DNA of 64,000 bases from an uncultured virus (IMG/VR IMGVR_UViG_3300047552_000880) (taxonomy: Duplodnaviria > Heunggongvirae > Uroviricota > Caudoviricetes): positions 1 through 64,000 of the IMG/VR virus record IMGVR_UViG_3300047552_000880, one strand, 5' to 3'. The position numbers and the translations under genes were made by a program. The notes under the pieces are model-generated. The model made no database searches and was not told the origin of the DNA. It worked only from the letters and a program-made list of their open reading frames with translations. Shown piece after piece: positions 17,830-26,217 of this stretch (positions within the stretch are counted from its first letter, which is position 1; each line of letters starts with the position of its first letter).

Positions 17830-17978
17830 GACTTCTCTACCTGAGTTTGACTGAATGTCAGACAACCGAACACAAGTGTCAATACCGCGCATAAAACACT
17901 ACTGACAAATCCTTGGCTTTCGATCAAGGAACTTGCGCTAATGATGGTCAGCACGAAAAAGATAGAGAGTTTCAACAT
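17826..17978 (-). CDS. Small membrane protein
   Basis: MLKLSIFF... with two hydrophobic helices; TGTGATACAAT promoter motif at about 18003-18013. Confidence 0.55.
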   Translation of the reverse strand: MLKLSIFFVLTIISASSLIESQGFVSSVLCAVLTLVFGCLTFSQTQVEKS

Positions 17979-18009
17979 AACAAACCTTTCTAGATTGGAA
18001 TCTATTGTA

Positions 18010-19731
18010 TCACAACTTGGTGACAGTTTCAATGTGGCTGAAATTATTTTCTTTCTTGACATGAATGAGTCGATCAAAACTTTCTGCGAACTTCTCTGCG
18101 CTCCGATGACTAACAACAAAAACGTTGATGTTATCTTCTGTTGCATCAATGATCTTCATCAGATTTTCAATACCAGCTTCATCAAGGCTCGAATCAAGAA
18201 TCTCATCAAAGAATAACAGGTTGCATTCAAATGCACTACGCATCTTAGCAATATTCCTGAATGTCAGCAGCATTGCAAGATCAATTCTCTGTCTTTCACC
18301 TGCCGAGAAACTAGAGTAGCTGAACTTGTCCCGGTGGCGAGACTTGATGACTTCCTTGAATTCACTGTCCAGTTCAAATGAAACAAAAAAATCGAGTTGG
18401 CTGAGATAATCATTAACATAAGAGTTAATGACTGGTATGAACTGTTCAACAATCTTGCCCTTGATACCATCGTCCTTGAGCAATTCTTGCATCGCGGTAT
18501 TGTGCTCTTGATCCGTTGTGATGGAAGCAATGTCTTGCATGATATCCAGAGACTCTTTAGCAGAGTCACGTAGAGTTTCCTTCAGCTTAGTGATATCACC
18601 TGTAATTGTCTGACTGTTCTTTTCTGCCTCGCATCTAGCAACTTCTTTCATTGAAGCATTGATGCTAAACAAGGTAACATTCATATCTCCCTTAACGGTC
18701 GATATATCAGTTTTTGTGGTTGAATATAGTTCTTCTATGCCTTCATATGATTCTAATTCTGCTCGATATTTGTTGGCAGCAGACTGATATGTTGATACTT
18801 CTTTCTCAACATCACTGTAGACCGTTTTAATGTGGCTAGGATCGATTTTCTGCTTACAGGTAGGGCAACCATCATTCTCGTCAAAAAAACTCAACTCAGA
18901 CAGTTTTGATGCGATCTTGGTATCGATTTTGTTGATATAACTTGTCAGCTTCTTATATTCCTCTAGACGAGCCTCAATATCAGTGATCTTTTCTTGCAGA
19001 CATTCAATTTGTTTCTTCTGTCCCGCTAACTTGATTTCATTTTGATCAATTAAGGCTTGCGCAGATTTCTGTCGCGACTCAATCTCGTCTATATTGAATG
19101 TTCTGATATTTTCCAGTTGAGTAATATGAGTTTTCTGTAGCTCAATATTTTGTTTCAGCCCCCGAAGTTTTTCATTAAGAAGTTTCAATTCCTCTTTGTT
19201 CTTCGCAACTCTTGTTTTGACGATCTGGTTCATATAAGTGAAAACCCTGATATCAAGAATGTCTTCAATGAAGTTGCGCCTGTCTCCCTTACTGAGAGAC
19301 ATGAATGGGGTGTAATTCTCAATCGAGAGAATTGTTGTCTGCATGAAGGTTCTGTAATTGATCTTGAGAATATTCTTCTCAAGGTAATCCTGAAAATCTC
19401 CGGTCAGCGTTGCATCCAGAGCAACACCGTCTTCGATGATATCGAATACAGATGGTTTAATTCCTCGCCTAACAGTGTATTGCTTTCCGTTTGAGATAAA
19501 GTCAATTTCGACCAAGCAATTTTTTGTATTGATCGAGTTAACGACCTGCGGTTTGTTGATTTCCTTGATCGTCTTATCAAAAAGAGCAAACGTGATCATG
19601 TTGCCAGTAGTTGACTTACCGGCTCCGTTTTCACCGAACATCACTGTTTTCTTATAACCAGTGAATTCGACTTCATTGAAAGCATTACCAATAGAGAGAA
19701 AGTTTTTCCCTCGCACACGTTGAATAATCAT
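18010..19731 (-). CDS. gp46: Recombination endonuclease ATPase subunit (Rad50/SbcC-like)
   Basis: KNFLSIGN, GENGAGKST, CPTC zinc hook, FSAGER signature, LFFDE, VSH. Confidence 0.96.
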   Translation of the reverse strand: MIIQRVRGKNFLSIGNAFNEVEFTGYKKTVMFGENGAGKSTTGNMITFALFDKTIKEINKPQVVNSINTKNCLVEIDFISNGKQYTVRRGIKPSVFDIIEDGVALDATLTGDFQDYLEKNILKINYRTFMQTTILSIENYTPFMSLSKGDRRNFIEDILDIRVFTYMNQIVKTRVAKNKEELKLLNEKLRGLKQNIELQKTHITQLENIRTFNIDEIESRQKSAQALIDQNEIKLAGQKKQIECLQEKITDIEARLEEYKKLTSYINKIDTKIASKLSELSFFDENDGCPTCKQKIDPSHIKTVYSDVEKEVSTYQSAANKYRAELESYEGIEELYSTTKTDISTVKGDMNVTLFSINASMKEVARCEAEKNSQTITGDITKLKETLRDSAKESLDIMQDIASITTDQEHNTAMQELLKDDGIKGKIVEQFIPVINSYVNDYLSQLDFFVSFELDSEFKEVIKSRHRDKFSYSSFSAGERQRIDLAMLLTFRNIAKMRSAFECNLLFFDEILDSSLDEAGIENLMKIIDATEDNINVFVVSHRSAEKFAESFDRLIHVKKENNFSHIETVTKL

Positions 19732-20759
19732 AATTTAGAGAGTTCCATTGCCTCTGTATAGATTTCTGACATTTTCTTTTTTAACACATCTTTATCATTA
19801 ACCGCAATATCATCAATAACATGCATTAGCATATGATGTGTTCCCTTGAATTCAATTTTTGTATTCAGAGCAGTCTCAACAGATTTCTGCATTTCGGTAT
19901 CAATAATCTGTAATGATAATGGCTGTGTTTGCTGAACACGCTCAATGAACTTGTCGAATTTCTTCTGATCGGTTTTGTTGACCACTGTCACTTTAATATG
20001 ATGTGGATATTCTAGCTCAATATCTGGTACTTCGTTTTCATCATATGAAAATTTGTGATGTAAGGTAAACGGGTTTCGATTGAACTGGTAGCTACCATCA
20101 TCTTTCAGTATAGTGAATCCTTTTGGGTCATTGTAATCAGACCAATCCATTTCATACGGTGTACCAACATAGATAACATTATCTTTCTGGCTCCGCGTGT
20201 GATAGTGACCACTGAAGACTGTTTTGTATTTGGATAGTTTGCTGTGGTCTAATCCATGTTCAGCGATTGTTCCGGGATGTAGAGGAAAATTTGCGAACTC
20301 GAAATGACCGATAGCAACATTAGATTCAGACTCATTTGCGAACTTGAGTGATGCTGGCTCGTTTTCCTCATTGATCCAAGGGTATAAATCGACGTATAAG
20401 CCGTTTTTATTGATTGTATGTGGGTAGGTATCAACCACTGTCATAAAACGCCTCTGAAGCAGTTTTGGTGCGTTTACGCGGTTAGTTGAACGATAGAAGC
20501 TGTCATGGTTTCCGCAGACAACATACAATTCGATATTTCTGGCGTCTAACTGATCAAAAAACATTTCATTTGCTTTCTGAAGCGACAGAAAGTTGACTGA
20601 CTTTCTCTTATCAAAAAGATCGCCTGTCTGAATAATTGTTTTTACGTTATGAAGATCAATGAAGTCGAACAAGTAGTCATAGAATTTCTTCTGGTACTCG
20701 TACATGAAAGGAATATTTTCGCGAATTCCGAAATGTGTATCACCAAGAATAATAATCAT
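19728..20759 (-). CDS. gp47: Recombination endonuclease nuclease subunit (Mre11/SbcD-like)
   Basis: GDTHFG, GDLFD, GNHD, SGHYH, GTPYEMDWSD. Confidence 0.95.
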   Translation of the reverse strand: MIIILGDTHFGIRENIPFMYEYQKKFYDYLFDFIDLHNVKTIIQTGDLFDKRKSVNFLSLQKANEMFFDQLDARNIELYVVCGNHDSFYRSTNRVNAPKLLQRRFMTVVDTYPHTINKNGLYVDLYPWINEENEPASLKFANESESNVAIGHFEFANFPLHPGTIAEHGLDHSKLSKYKTVFSGHYHTRSQKDNVIYVGTPYEMDWSDYNDPKGFTILKDDGSYQFNRNPFTLHHKFSYDENEVPDIELEYPHHIKVTVVNKTDQKKFDKFIERVQQTQPLSLQIIDTEMQKSVETALNTKIEFKGTHHMLMHVIDDIAVNDKDVLKKKMSEIYTEAMELSKL

Positions 20760-21364
20760 GCTAATAGACTACAAATATCGTTACCGTTGTTCTGTTCTTT
20801 TTGTTTCTTGGCAGTATACGGTGTTTTATTCTTGTGGCGCAGACTTGGATGCAATAAGCCTGTCTGATCTTTTTCTGTGTCTTCGCGAAGGCGATCAACA
20901 AAAATATCATTGTCTTCCAGAAACTCTACGAATGCGTTTCCTACTTCAACGTCGTTGTATATAGATTGCTGAACAAATTCGCTACTGAGTTTCTGTTGAA
21001 TCAATGCTGCCTTGACGGAATGTTCACGTTGCTCGATCTTGATACGAGTGATATATTCGTTCCAACAAATCTGAGAGAAATATGCAAATGGGTTCTCGCC
21101 ACGATTAGGATCAAATCTATCGATCTTGATCATGCACTTGAGAATGGCATCAGAAATCATTTCATCGCGAAAAGAGTAGCCAATGAAATTATAGAGGTTG
21201 CTCATGTTAGTGGCAATTCTGATGATTGCGTTCGCAATGTCGTCCGGGATTACCGGACGTTCTTCATTATTTTCTATTGACAGTTTCAACTCAGACAGAT
21301 AGATGCACATTGCTGCATATAAGTCTTTGTTAGAAACATAATGTGTTGGCTTCAATTCACTCAT
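20756..21364 (-). CDS. gp55: Late-transcription sigma factor
   Basis: HYVSNKDL, NFIGYSFRDEMISDA, NPFAYFSQI...RIK.E. Confidence 0.95.
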   Translation of the reverse strand: MSELKPTHYVSNKDLYAAMCIYLSELKLSIENNEERPVIPDDIANAIIRIATNMSNLYNFIGYSFRDEMISDAILKCMIKIDRFDPNRGENPFAYFSQICWNEYITRIKIEQREHSVKAALIQQKLSSEFVQQSIYNDVEVGNAFVEFLEDNDIFVDRLREDTEKDQTGLLHPSLRHKNKTPYTAKKQKEQNNGNDICSLLA

Positions 21365-21409
21365 AATTTCTCCGCAAAATATCATTATAACACAATTATT
21401 TAATGCGGT

Positions 21410-21961
21410 TTCATTTCTCCATAGGGAAAGCAGTAGGGTGAACTATTGGGGAATAACTTCTAGGGATTCTAAGGCTTAGGGGTATCTTTTAATATTAGAT
21501 ACTACTCTTTACTTAGATTAGTCCGAAGGACTGTTGCGTAGCAACCCATAGAACATTCTCAGTTCATTCCTACTTCGAGTATTAGATTACTCTAATACGC
21601 TCTTGACACTTTCCATACTGAGTGTACTTATGTCTCAACTCTAACCCTCTTATCGACCGAGTTTTTATCAGGCTACCTTACGGTCATGCCTGCACAGACT
21701 CCATACCAAGAGTTGCAATCTCTCGGAAACTGTGTATGGTTATCACCCTTTTCAGGAGGTCGTTTGTAGCAATGATTGAGTGAACCAATGCTCCGGCTGC
21801 TTTCCAATTCCCCGGTGGGTCAGTTTATATTCTTACATGCTCATGATGCTTCATGAGGTTTTTACGTGAACCTTTAAACTGTAACTTAAACACGATCCCT
21901 ACTTTGACACGGTGCTAGGATTTGGCATTAAAGTAGATAGTAAGTGTCACTAACCATCTAC
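21410..21961 (-). ncRNA. Candidate large structured RNA (about 450-550 nt), family unknown
   Basis: About 600-bp ORF-free gap; begins just after a sigma70 promoter and a TAAATA motif; many nested stems with GUAA/GAAA tetraloops; 3' end uncertain. Confidence 0.62.
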
Positions 21962-21964
21962 AGT

Positions 21965-22001
21965 TATTTATCATTCTAACACAAGAAAATCAGAATGTCA
22001 A
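21965..22001 (-). promoter_or_regulatory. Near-consensus sigma70 promoter plus adjacent late-promoter motif
   Basis: TTGACA (22001-21996), 17-bp spacer, TAGAAT (21978-21973) with TG extension; TAAATA at 21970-21965. Confidence 0.8.
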
Positions 22002-22660
22002 AACTTTTTTTGTCTTGCTGCATGCATTGTTGCAGAAATTTCTGATACCGCCCATCTGTTGACCTGTGCTTGATGCATTTTCACGAAGTCGCTGTTACTT
22101 AGCATGATGGCTGTCTTCCAGTCTTCGATGGGTATCTGCATGAATCTACTTCTGACATGTGACCATAGATATTGTCTCACGGCTGGTCTAACTTCAGGGA
22201 ACGTAGCAACATTAGACAGATACTGCCAGTTGAGTTTCTGTACCTGCTGCCTTGGATTGTTCCTATTTGCCTTTGCGATTTGCCACATCTTATCAAACAG
22301 TTTTCCTCGAATGATGTACGGCAGAATGTGAAAGTTAATCCCAAAGAACGATTTTGGTGTCACATTGAATATGAAGCTAAGAGGGAACCTGTCATAGAAA
22401 GGCAGAGTATCCTTATGCTTTGGGTCATAGAAGAAGAAATACATACTTCCGGGAAGTACGATATTTTTTTGCAGAGATTTGTGTTGATGAAGAAATTCCT
22501 GTCTCTCTGAGCCATCAAACTTCAGCTTGTTTAGTTTTTCTCGAAACCAATCTACACTTTTTGCTTGATGGAAATTTTTATCCTGCCGAATGATATCAAG
22601 AATCGACATTCCCTCTTGATGATCGATTTTCTTTTTCTGAGGGTTTGATTGTACTTCCAC
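21998..22660 (-). CDS. gp2: DNA end protector protein
   Basis: PGSMYFFFYDPKHKDTLPFYDRFPL, GINFH.LP, YL.SHVRSRF. Confidence 0.93.
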   Translation of the reverse strand: MEVQSNPQKKKIDHQEGMSILDIIRQDKNFHQAKSVDWFREKLNKLKFDGSERQEFLHQHKSLQKNIVLPGSMYFFFYDPKHKDTLPFYDRFPLSFIFNVTPKSFFGINFHILPYIIRGKLFDKMWQIAKANRNNPRQQVQKLNWQYLSNVATFPEVRPAVRQYLWSHVRSRFMQIPIEDWKTAIMLSNSDFVKMHQAQVNRWAVSEISATMHAARQKKF

Positions 22661-22661
22661 T

Positions 22662-23102
22662 TTAGATTCCTAGATCGTCTTCTGTTAACACAATGAATTC
22701 TATTCCCTTTGAGCGACAGAAAGCTGTTGCTGCCTTCCATTTTGCCTGATTGATCAGAAACGTTTTAAGAGCCTCTGCATAGGTCGCTTTGTTCTTTTTC
22801 ATCACTGGTGGCAATGTCTCGTGTTTTGGTTTAATCTCAATTGCATATGTCTTTATTTCATCGTTTCTATTTTTGATCTTTGCAATGAAGTCAACAAAGT
22901 ACCGATGTGGCTTATTATCAATTGGACTTATATAAGGGATTACCAATGTTTCTGATGAGTAGAGAACAACATTTTTATTGGCATCAAGCCAGTTCAGAAA
23001 ACGGGTTTCCCACGAAGATCGTGAAACGATTTCATTGAGATTTCCTACATATTTTTCTGGCGCTATTTTTGGAACCCATTTTCTTGGTGTTGCTCTAGCC
23101 AT
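22662..23102 (-). CDS. gp4: Head completion nuclease
   Basis: KYVG...RSSWE..F, SSE...IPY.SP.D.KPHRYFVDF, EIKP, NQAKW.AA, LTE. Confidence 0.93.
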   Translation of the reverse strand: MARATPRKWVPKIAPEKYVGNLNEIVSRSSWETRFLNWLDANKNVVLYSSETLVIPYISPIDNKPHRYFVDFIAKIKNRNDEIKTYAIEIKPKHETLPPVMKKNKATYAEALKTFLINQAKWKAATAFCRSKGIEFIVLTEDDLGI

Positions 23103-23241
23103 AATGTTGTTCTTTGTTTCGCTCTTGAATCTCTTTGGTAAGATCGCTGATGATCATGCTCACTTCAATGTCCCTTTCCCACGGAAGCATTTTCTCAATT
23201 GATTCGATATTGTATTTGAACCTATACGCCAATGTGTGCAT
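23095..23241 (-). CDS. gp51: gp51-like baseplate hub assembly protein; frame extends upstream into the gp26 end
   Basis: Manual translation (ITLSSLDLKDYYTL)MHTLAYRFKYNIESIEKMLPWERDIEV; L..YY...Y...IE.M.PWER motif of the short gp51-like proteins. Confidence 0.75.
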   Translation of the reverse strand: MHTLAYRFKYNIESIEKMLPWERDIEVSMIISDLTKEIQERNKEQHYG

Positions 23242-23279
23242 CAGCGTATAGTAGTCCTTCAGATCAAGTGAGGAAAGGG

Positions 23280-23987
23280 TTATAGAAAAAAATTCTCGTA
23301 TCCAGACAATACAGATTCATGTTGCTTGCCACATTTACGACATGTGTAGGATGCATTCAGTTTAACGGCAGGCATCTTGGCAATGAATTCTTCGATACCC
23401 TTACGTTGTCTACGTGAGATTGATTGAATGAATTCCAATTTCTCGGCTCTGTTTTTATCCAGTATGTCATCTTCCGTTAAAACAGATTCAATGCAGTCAA
23501 CAACAATTTCATCTGCATCTTTTCCTTCACCAAGAGCAATGAAGTCATCAAGGCTCGGGTGATGCATCTTCACAAAATATTTTGTGTCGGTAATAGGAAT
23601 CATCCCCATGTCTTTTGTTGGTGCTGGCTCAATGATTACGTCATCGATATTAACATGAAATTCTGTCTTAACAGGTGTTTCTTCGCAGTCACATTTACCG
23701 ATCAATTCAACAATTTCACCAATTGATTTTGATCTGATTTTCAGAAAGATGTATTCTAGATCATAGTAAGGAATCTTGTTTGCATCAAGACCAGTGCAGA
23801 TATTAACAATCTTTTTGATTGCGTTAATGATGGTGTCAATGCTGTCGTCCTGTAATGCCAGAAGCAATGCTTTTTCTTCTTTGACCGTAAATGGTCTGTA
23901 AGAGATTTTTGCGCCTGTACTTGGTTGTGTCAGGGTATATGATGGTAAAAGTTCTTCACTCACTTTAATATTTTCCTTTATTGCCAA
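23280..23987 (-). CDS. gp26: Baseplate hub assembly protein gp26-like
   Basis: LP.Y.L..PSTG..I.YRPFTVKEEK.LL, DLEYIFLKIRSKSIGE, C..CG...L.G..NFF. Confidence 0.9.
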   Translation of the reverse strand: MAIKENIKVSEELLPSYTLTQPSTGAKISYRPFTVKEEKALLLALQDDSIDTIINAIKKIVNICTGLDANKIPYYDLEYIFLKIRSKSIGEIVELIGKCDCEETPVKTEFHVNIDDVIIEPAPTKDMGMIPITDTKYFVKMHHPSLDDFIALGEGKDADEIVVDCIESVLTEDDILDKNRAEKLEFIQSISRRQRKGIEEFIAKMPAVKLNASYTCRKCGKQHESVLSGYENFFL

Positions 23988-24658
23988 TATTCATCTGGTA
24001 TGTTTTGGTAGTCACCAGCAAAGTTTCCTAGTTGATCGTATTGAGGTTCATTAGTGGCACTATAGCCCTCATCAGACTCTGTTGGTAACGTTTCGGAGTC
24101 TTTAACAGCGCCGCCATCAAACGTTTCATCAGATTTCTTGATATCCATGTATGAGTAACAAAATTCTGTTGAGAATGTGCTTATCTGACCCATACCAGAC
24201 CAATTTAATTCAATTTCGCTCAGAGTCTTCGGAAATGCATCTTTGAGTACATAGGTCATGATACTCTTGTCTTGCATGTTCTTGATGTTGACCTGTATCT
24301 CTGTTGAATAGTCGCTTGGATATCCGAATGTTCTCTTTTTACTAACAATGAACTTCATCCATTTTTCAAAGAACATTCTGATATTCATCTGTTGATCGGC
24401 ATAGAAAGACAATCTTACATCTGTCTTATCTGCGTCATATACAAAATGTCGTTTCGTGTCAACATCAATATATTGATCATTTGTTGAAAACGAAATTCCC
24501 GGCACATTTGCATTAAAGCAAAATAGGTTGATGTATTTCTGTGTATCAGAAATGTCATTGTCGCCTTGCATACACGGAGGAACAGTAATACCTACCGAGA
24601 ATAGATAAGGTCTTGATATATTACGTTCCCGTAATTCGTTTCTGAATTGTTCTAACAT
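23978..24658 (-). CDS. Tail-tube-fold protein (gp54 tube initiator / gp19-like)
   Basis: SRPYLF.V, LFC..ANVPG, LSFY.D....R.FFEKW, L.DAFP......L.W. Confidence 0.75.
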   Translation of the reverse strand: MLEQFRNELRERNISRPYLFSVGITVPPCMQGDNDISDTQKYINLFCFNANVPGISFSTNDQYIDVDTKRHFVYDADKTDVRLSFYADQQMNIRMFFEKWMKFIVSKKRTFGYPSDYSTEIQVNIKNMQDKSIMTYVLKDAFPKTLSEIELNWSGMGQISTFSTEFCYSYMDIKKSDETFDGGAVKDSETLPTESDEGYSATNEPQYDQLGNFAGDYQNIPDEYWQ

Positions 24659-24681
24659 TTTGTGTTGAATTGTCTATTTTT

Positions 24682-24701
24682 CTATTTAATGGATTAAATA
24701 G
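24682..24701. promoter_or_regulatory. Back-to-back late promoters at the strand switch
   Basis: Perfect inverted repeat CTATTTAAT-GG-ATTAAATAG giving TAAATA on each strand between divergent structural operons. Confidence 0.75.
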
Positions 24702-24721
24702 TACAAACAAATATCTATGCT

Positions 24722-25687
24722 ATGTCACAAAAGTTTTTATACTACCCTTCCAAATTAGCAGCATTAACATCATCGCCGGATACTGCATATACTATGTTCT
24801 ATATCAATAGTGATGTTCGCGCATCTAAATTGAAGAACGATAAGAGTATGGGTGACGTATATGTTGATGCTTCGACCACAAGAACCAGTGCCCAAGATTC
24901 TTTTTCTTCTGACGGTTCAAACGGTTATGGTAATTCTATTATCAGAAATAAAGAAGATGATCCTGCTCTGAGTATCAAGGATACAGAAAATCGCAATCTT
25001 AGATTCAAGAAGCAAGATAACATGACTCGATTGGATAGAGCTATTGTTCTTCCGATGCCATCCAATCTGATTTTCAACGATTCTGTTCACTACGGGGAAG
25101 AACCAGCAAACCTTCTGTCACTGACAATGGACACTGGCGCTGATCTTATTCAGGGTGGCAATAGACTCGCAAAGGCTGGTAATATTGCAACAGCAATTGC
25201 TGCATCTTATGCCGCATCAAACAGTAAAACAGGAACCGCCGCCAATTCTTATTTGAAGGCAGAAAGAAAAGTTTTCAACCCGCGAAAAGAACAAGTATTC
25301 AATAACGTCGATTTTCGGACATTCAATTTTCAGTATACGTTTTCACCAACTTCTCGTGCCGAGGCAGATTCAGTTCAAGAAATCATCAAGTCGTTCAGAT
25401 ATTATTCCATGCCATTCATGGACAGTTCAAAATTGTTCTATTTGACTCCGGCTGAATTTGTTATCAATTTCATGTTGGGGTCAGGCACTAACACAGCCAT
25501 TCCAAGAATCATGACTTCTGTTCTCACGAATGTAACAACAAATTTGACTCCGAACAATCAGTGGGCAAATTTCGAGAATGGGTTTCCGCCATTCATCGAT
25601 TTCGTGTTGACGTTCAAAGAATTGGAAACTCTTAACAGGGATCGTATTGAGGCTCCTGACGGTATGAAAGATGCAGGTGGATACTAA
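24722..25687 (+). CDS. gp48: Baseplate tail-tube cap
   Basis: LPMP, FNP..EQVF..VDFRTFNFQYTFSP.S..EA..V.EII..FR, L.FKELE.L.R. Confidence 0.88.
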   Translation: MSQKFLYYPSKLAALTSSPDTAYTMFYINSDVRASKLKNDKSMGDVYVDASTTRTSAQDSFSSDGSNGYGNSIIRNKEDDPALSIKDTENRNLRFKKQDNMTRLDRAIVLPMPSNLIFNDSVHYGEEPANLLSLTMDTGADLIQGGNRLAKAGNIATAIAASYAASNSKTGTAANSYLKAERKVFNPRKEQVFNNVDFRTFNFQYTFSPTSRAEADSVQEIIKSFRYYSMPFMDSSKLFYLTPAEFVINFMLGSGTNTAIPRIMTSVLTNVTTNLTPNNQWANFENGFPPFIDFVLTFKELETLNRDRIEAPDGMKDAGGY

Positions 25688-26217
25688 TGAATTACTTTAA
25701 TCAGTTTCCTCTCATTCAATATGACTTCGATGGCGTTAGTCATGTACTAACGGATATCTTTCGTAGATCGCGTTTAAACCCCATATACGAGGATTTGACC
25801 GATATGTATACCACATACTCAGTCAATGACGGAGAAACGCCAGAAGACGTTTCTATGCGGTTCTATAAGACTCCTGATCTACATTGGGTGATACTTGTGA
25901 TCAACAAGATTATCAACCCATATACAGATTGGGTTCAACCAGAACATGTGATTGAAGAAATTGCCAAAGAGAAATATGGCGATGACTATCAGAAAACTTG
26001 GTACTACGAAGATTCTGATGGCGATGTTGTATCTGTGATCAAGGAATATAAGAAGGGCGCTGTCTGGACTTCTCCTACTGATACAGGAAATCACCTTGCA
26101 GTTACTTTTTTGGATCATGAGCTTAGACTGAATGAAAAGCGCCGAGAAATAAAGATTCTTAGGGTTGAGTTGGTCACTGATTTCATTTCTGAATATATAC
26201 GGACAATCAGAAGATGA
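25687..26217 (+). CDS. gp53: Baseplate wedge protein
   Basis: YF.QFP.I.Y, LysM-like DGETPE.VS..FY..PDLHWVIL..N.I..P..DW, NE.RREIKIL. Confidence 0.92.
   Translation: MNYFNQFPLIQYDFDGVSHVLTDIFRRSRLNPIYEDLTDMYTTYSVNDGETPEDVSMRFYKTPDLHWVILVINKIINPYTDWVQPEHVIEEIAKEKYGDDYQKTWYYEDSDGDVVSVIKEYKKGAVWTSPTDTGNHLAVTFLDHELRLNEKRREIKILRVELVTDFISEYIRTIRR

Noticed and set aside
21410..21961. Group I/II intron, RNase P RNA or tmRNA
   Set aside because: It interrupts no gene, and I could not find the P7 pairing elements, domain V, GAGGAAAGUCC, or a tRNA-like acceptor and T-arm; left as unknown RNA
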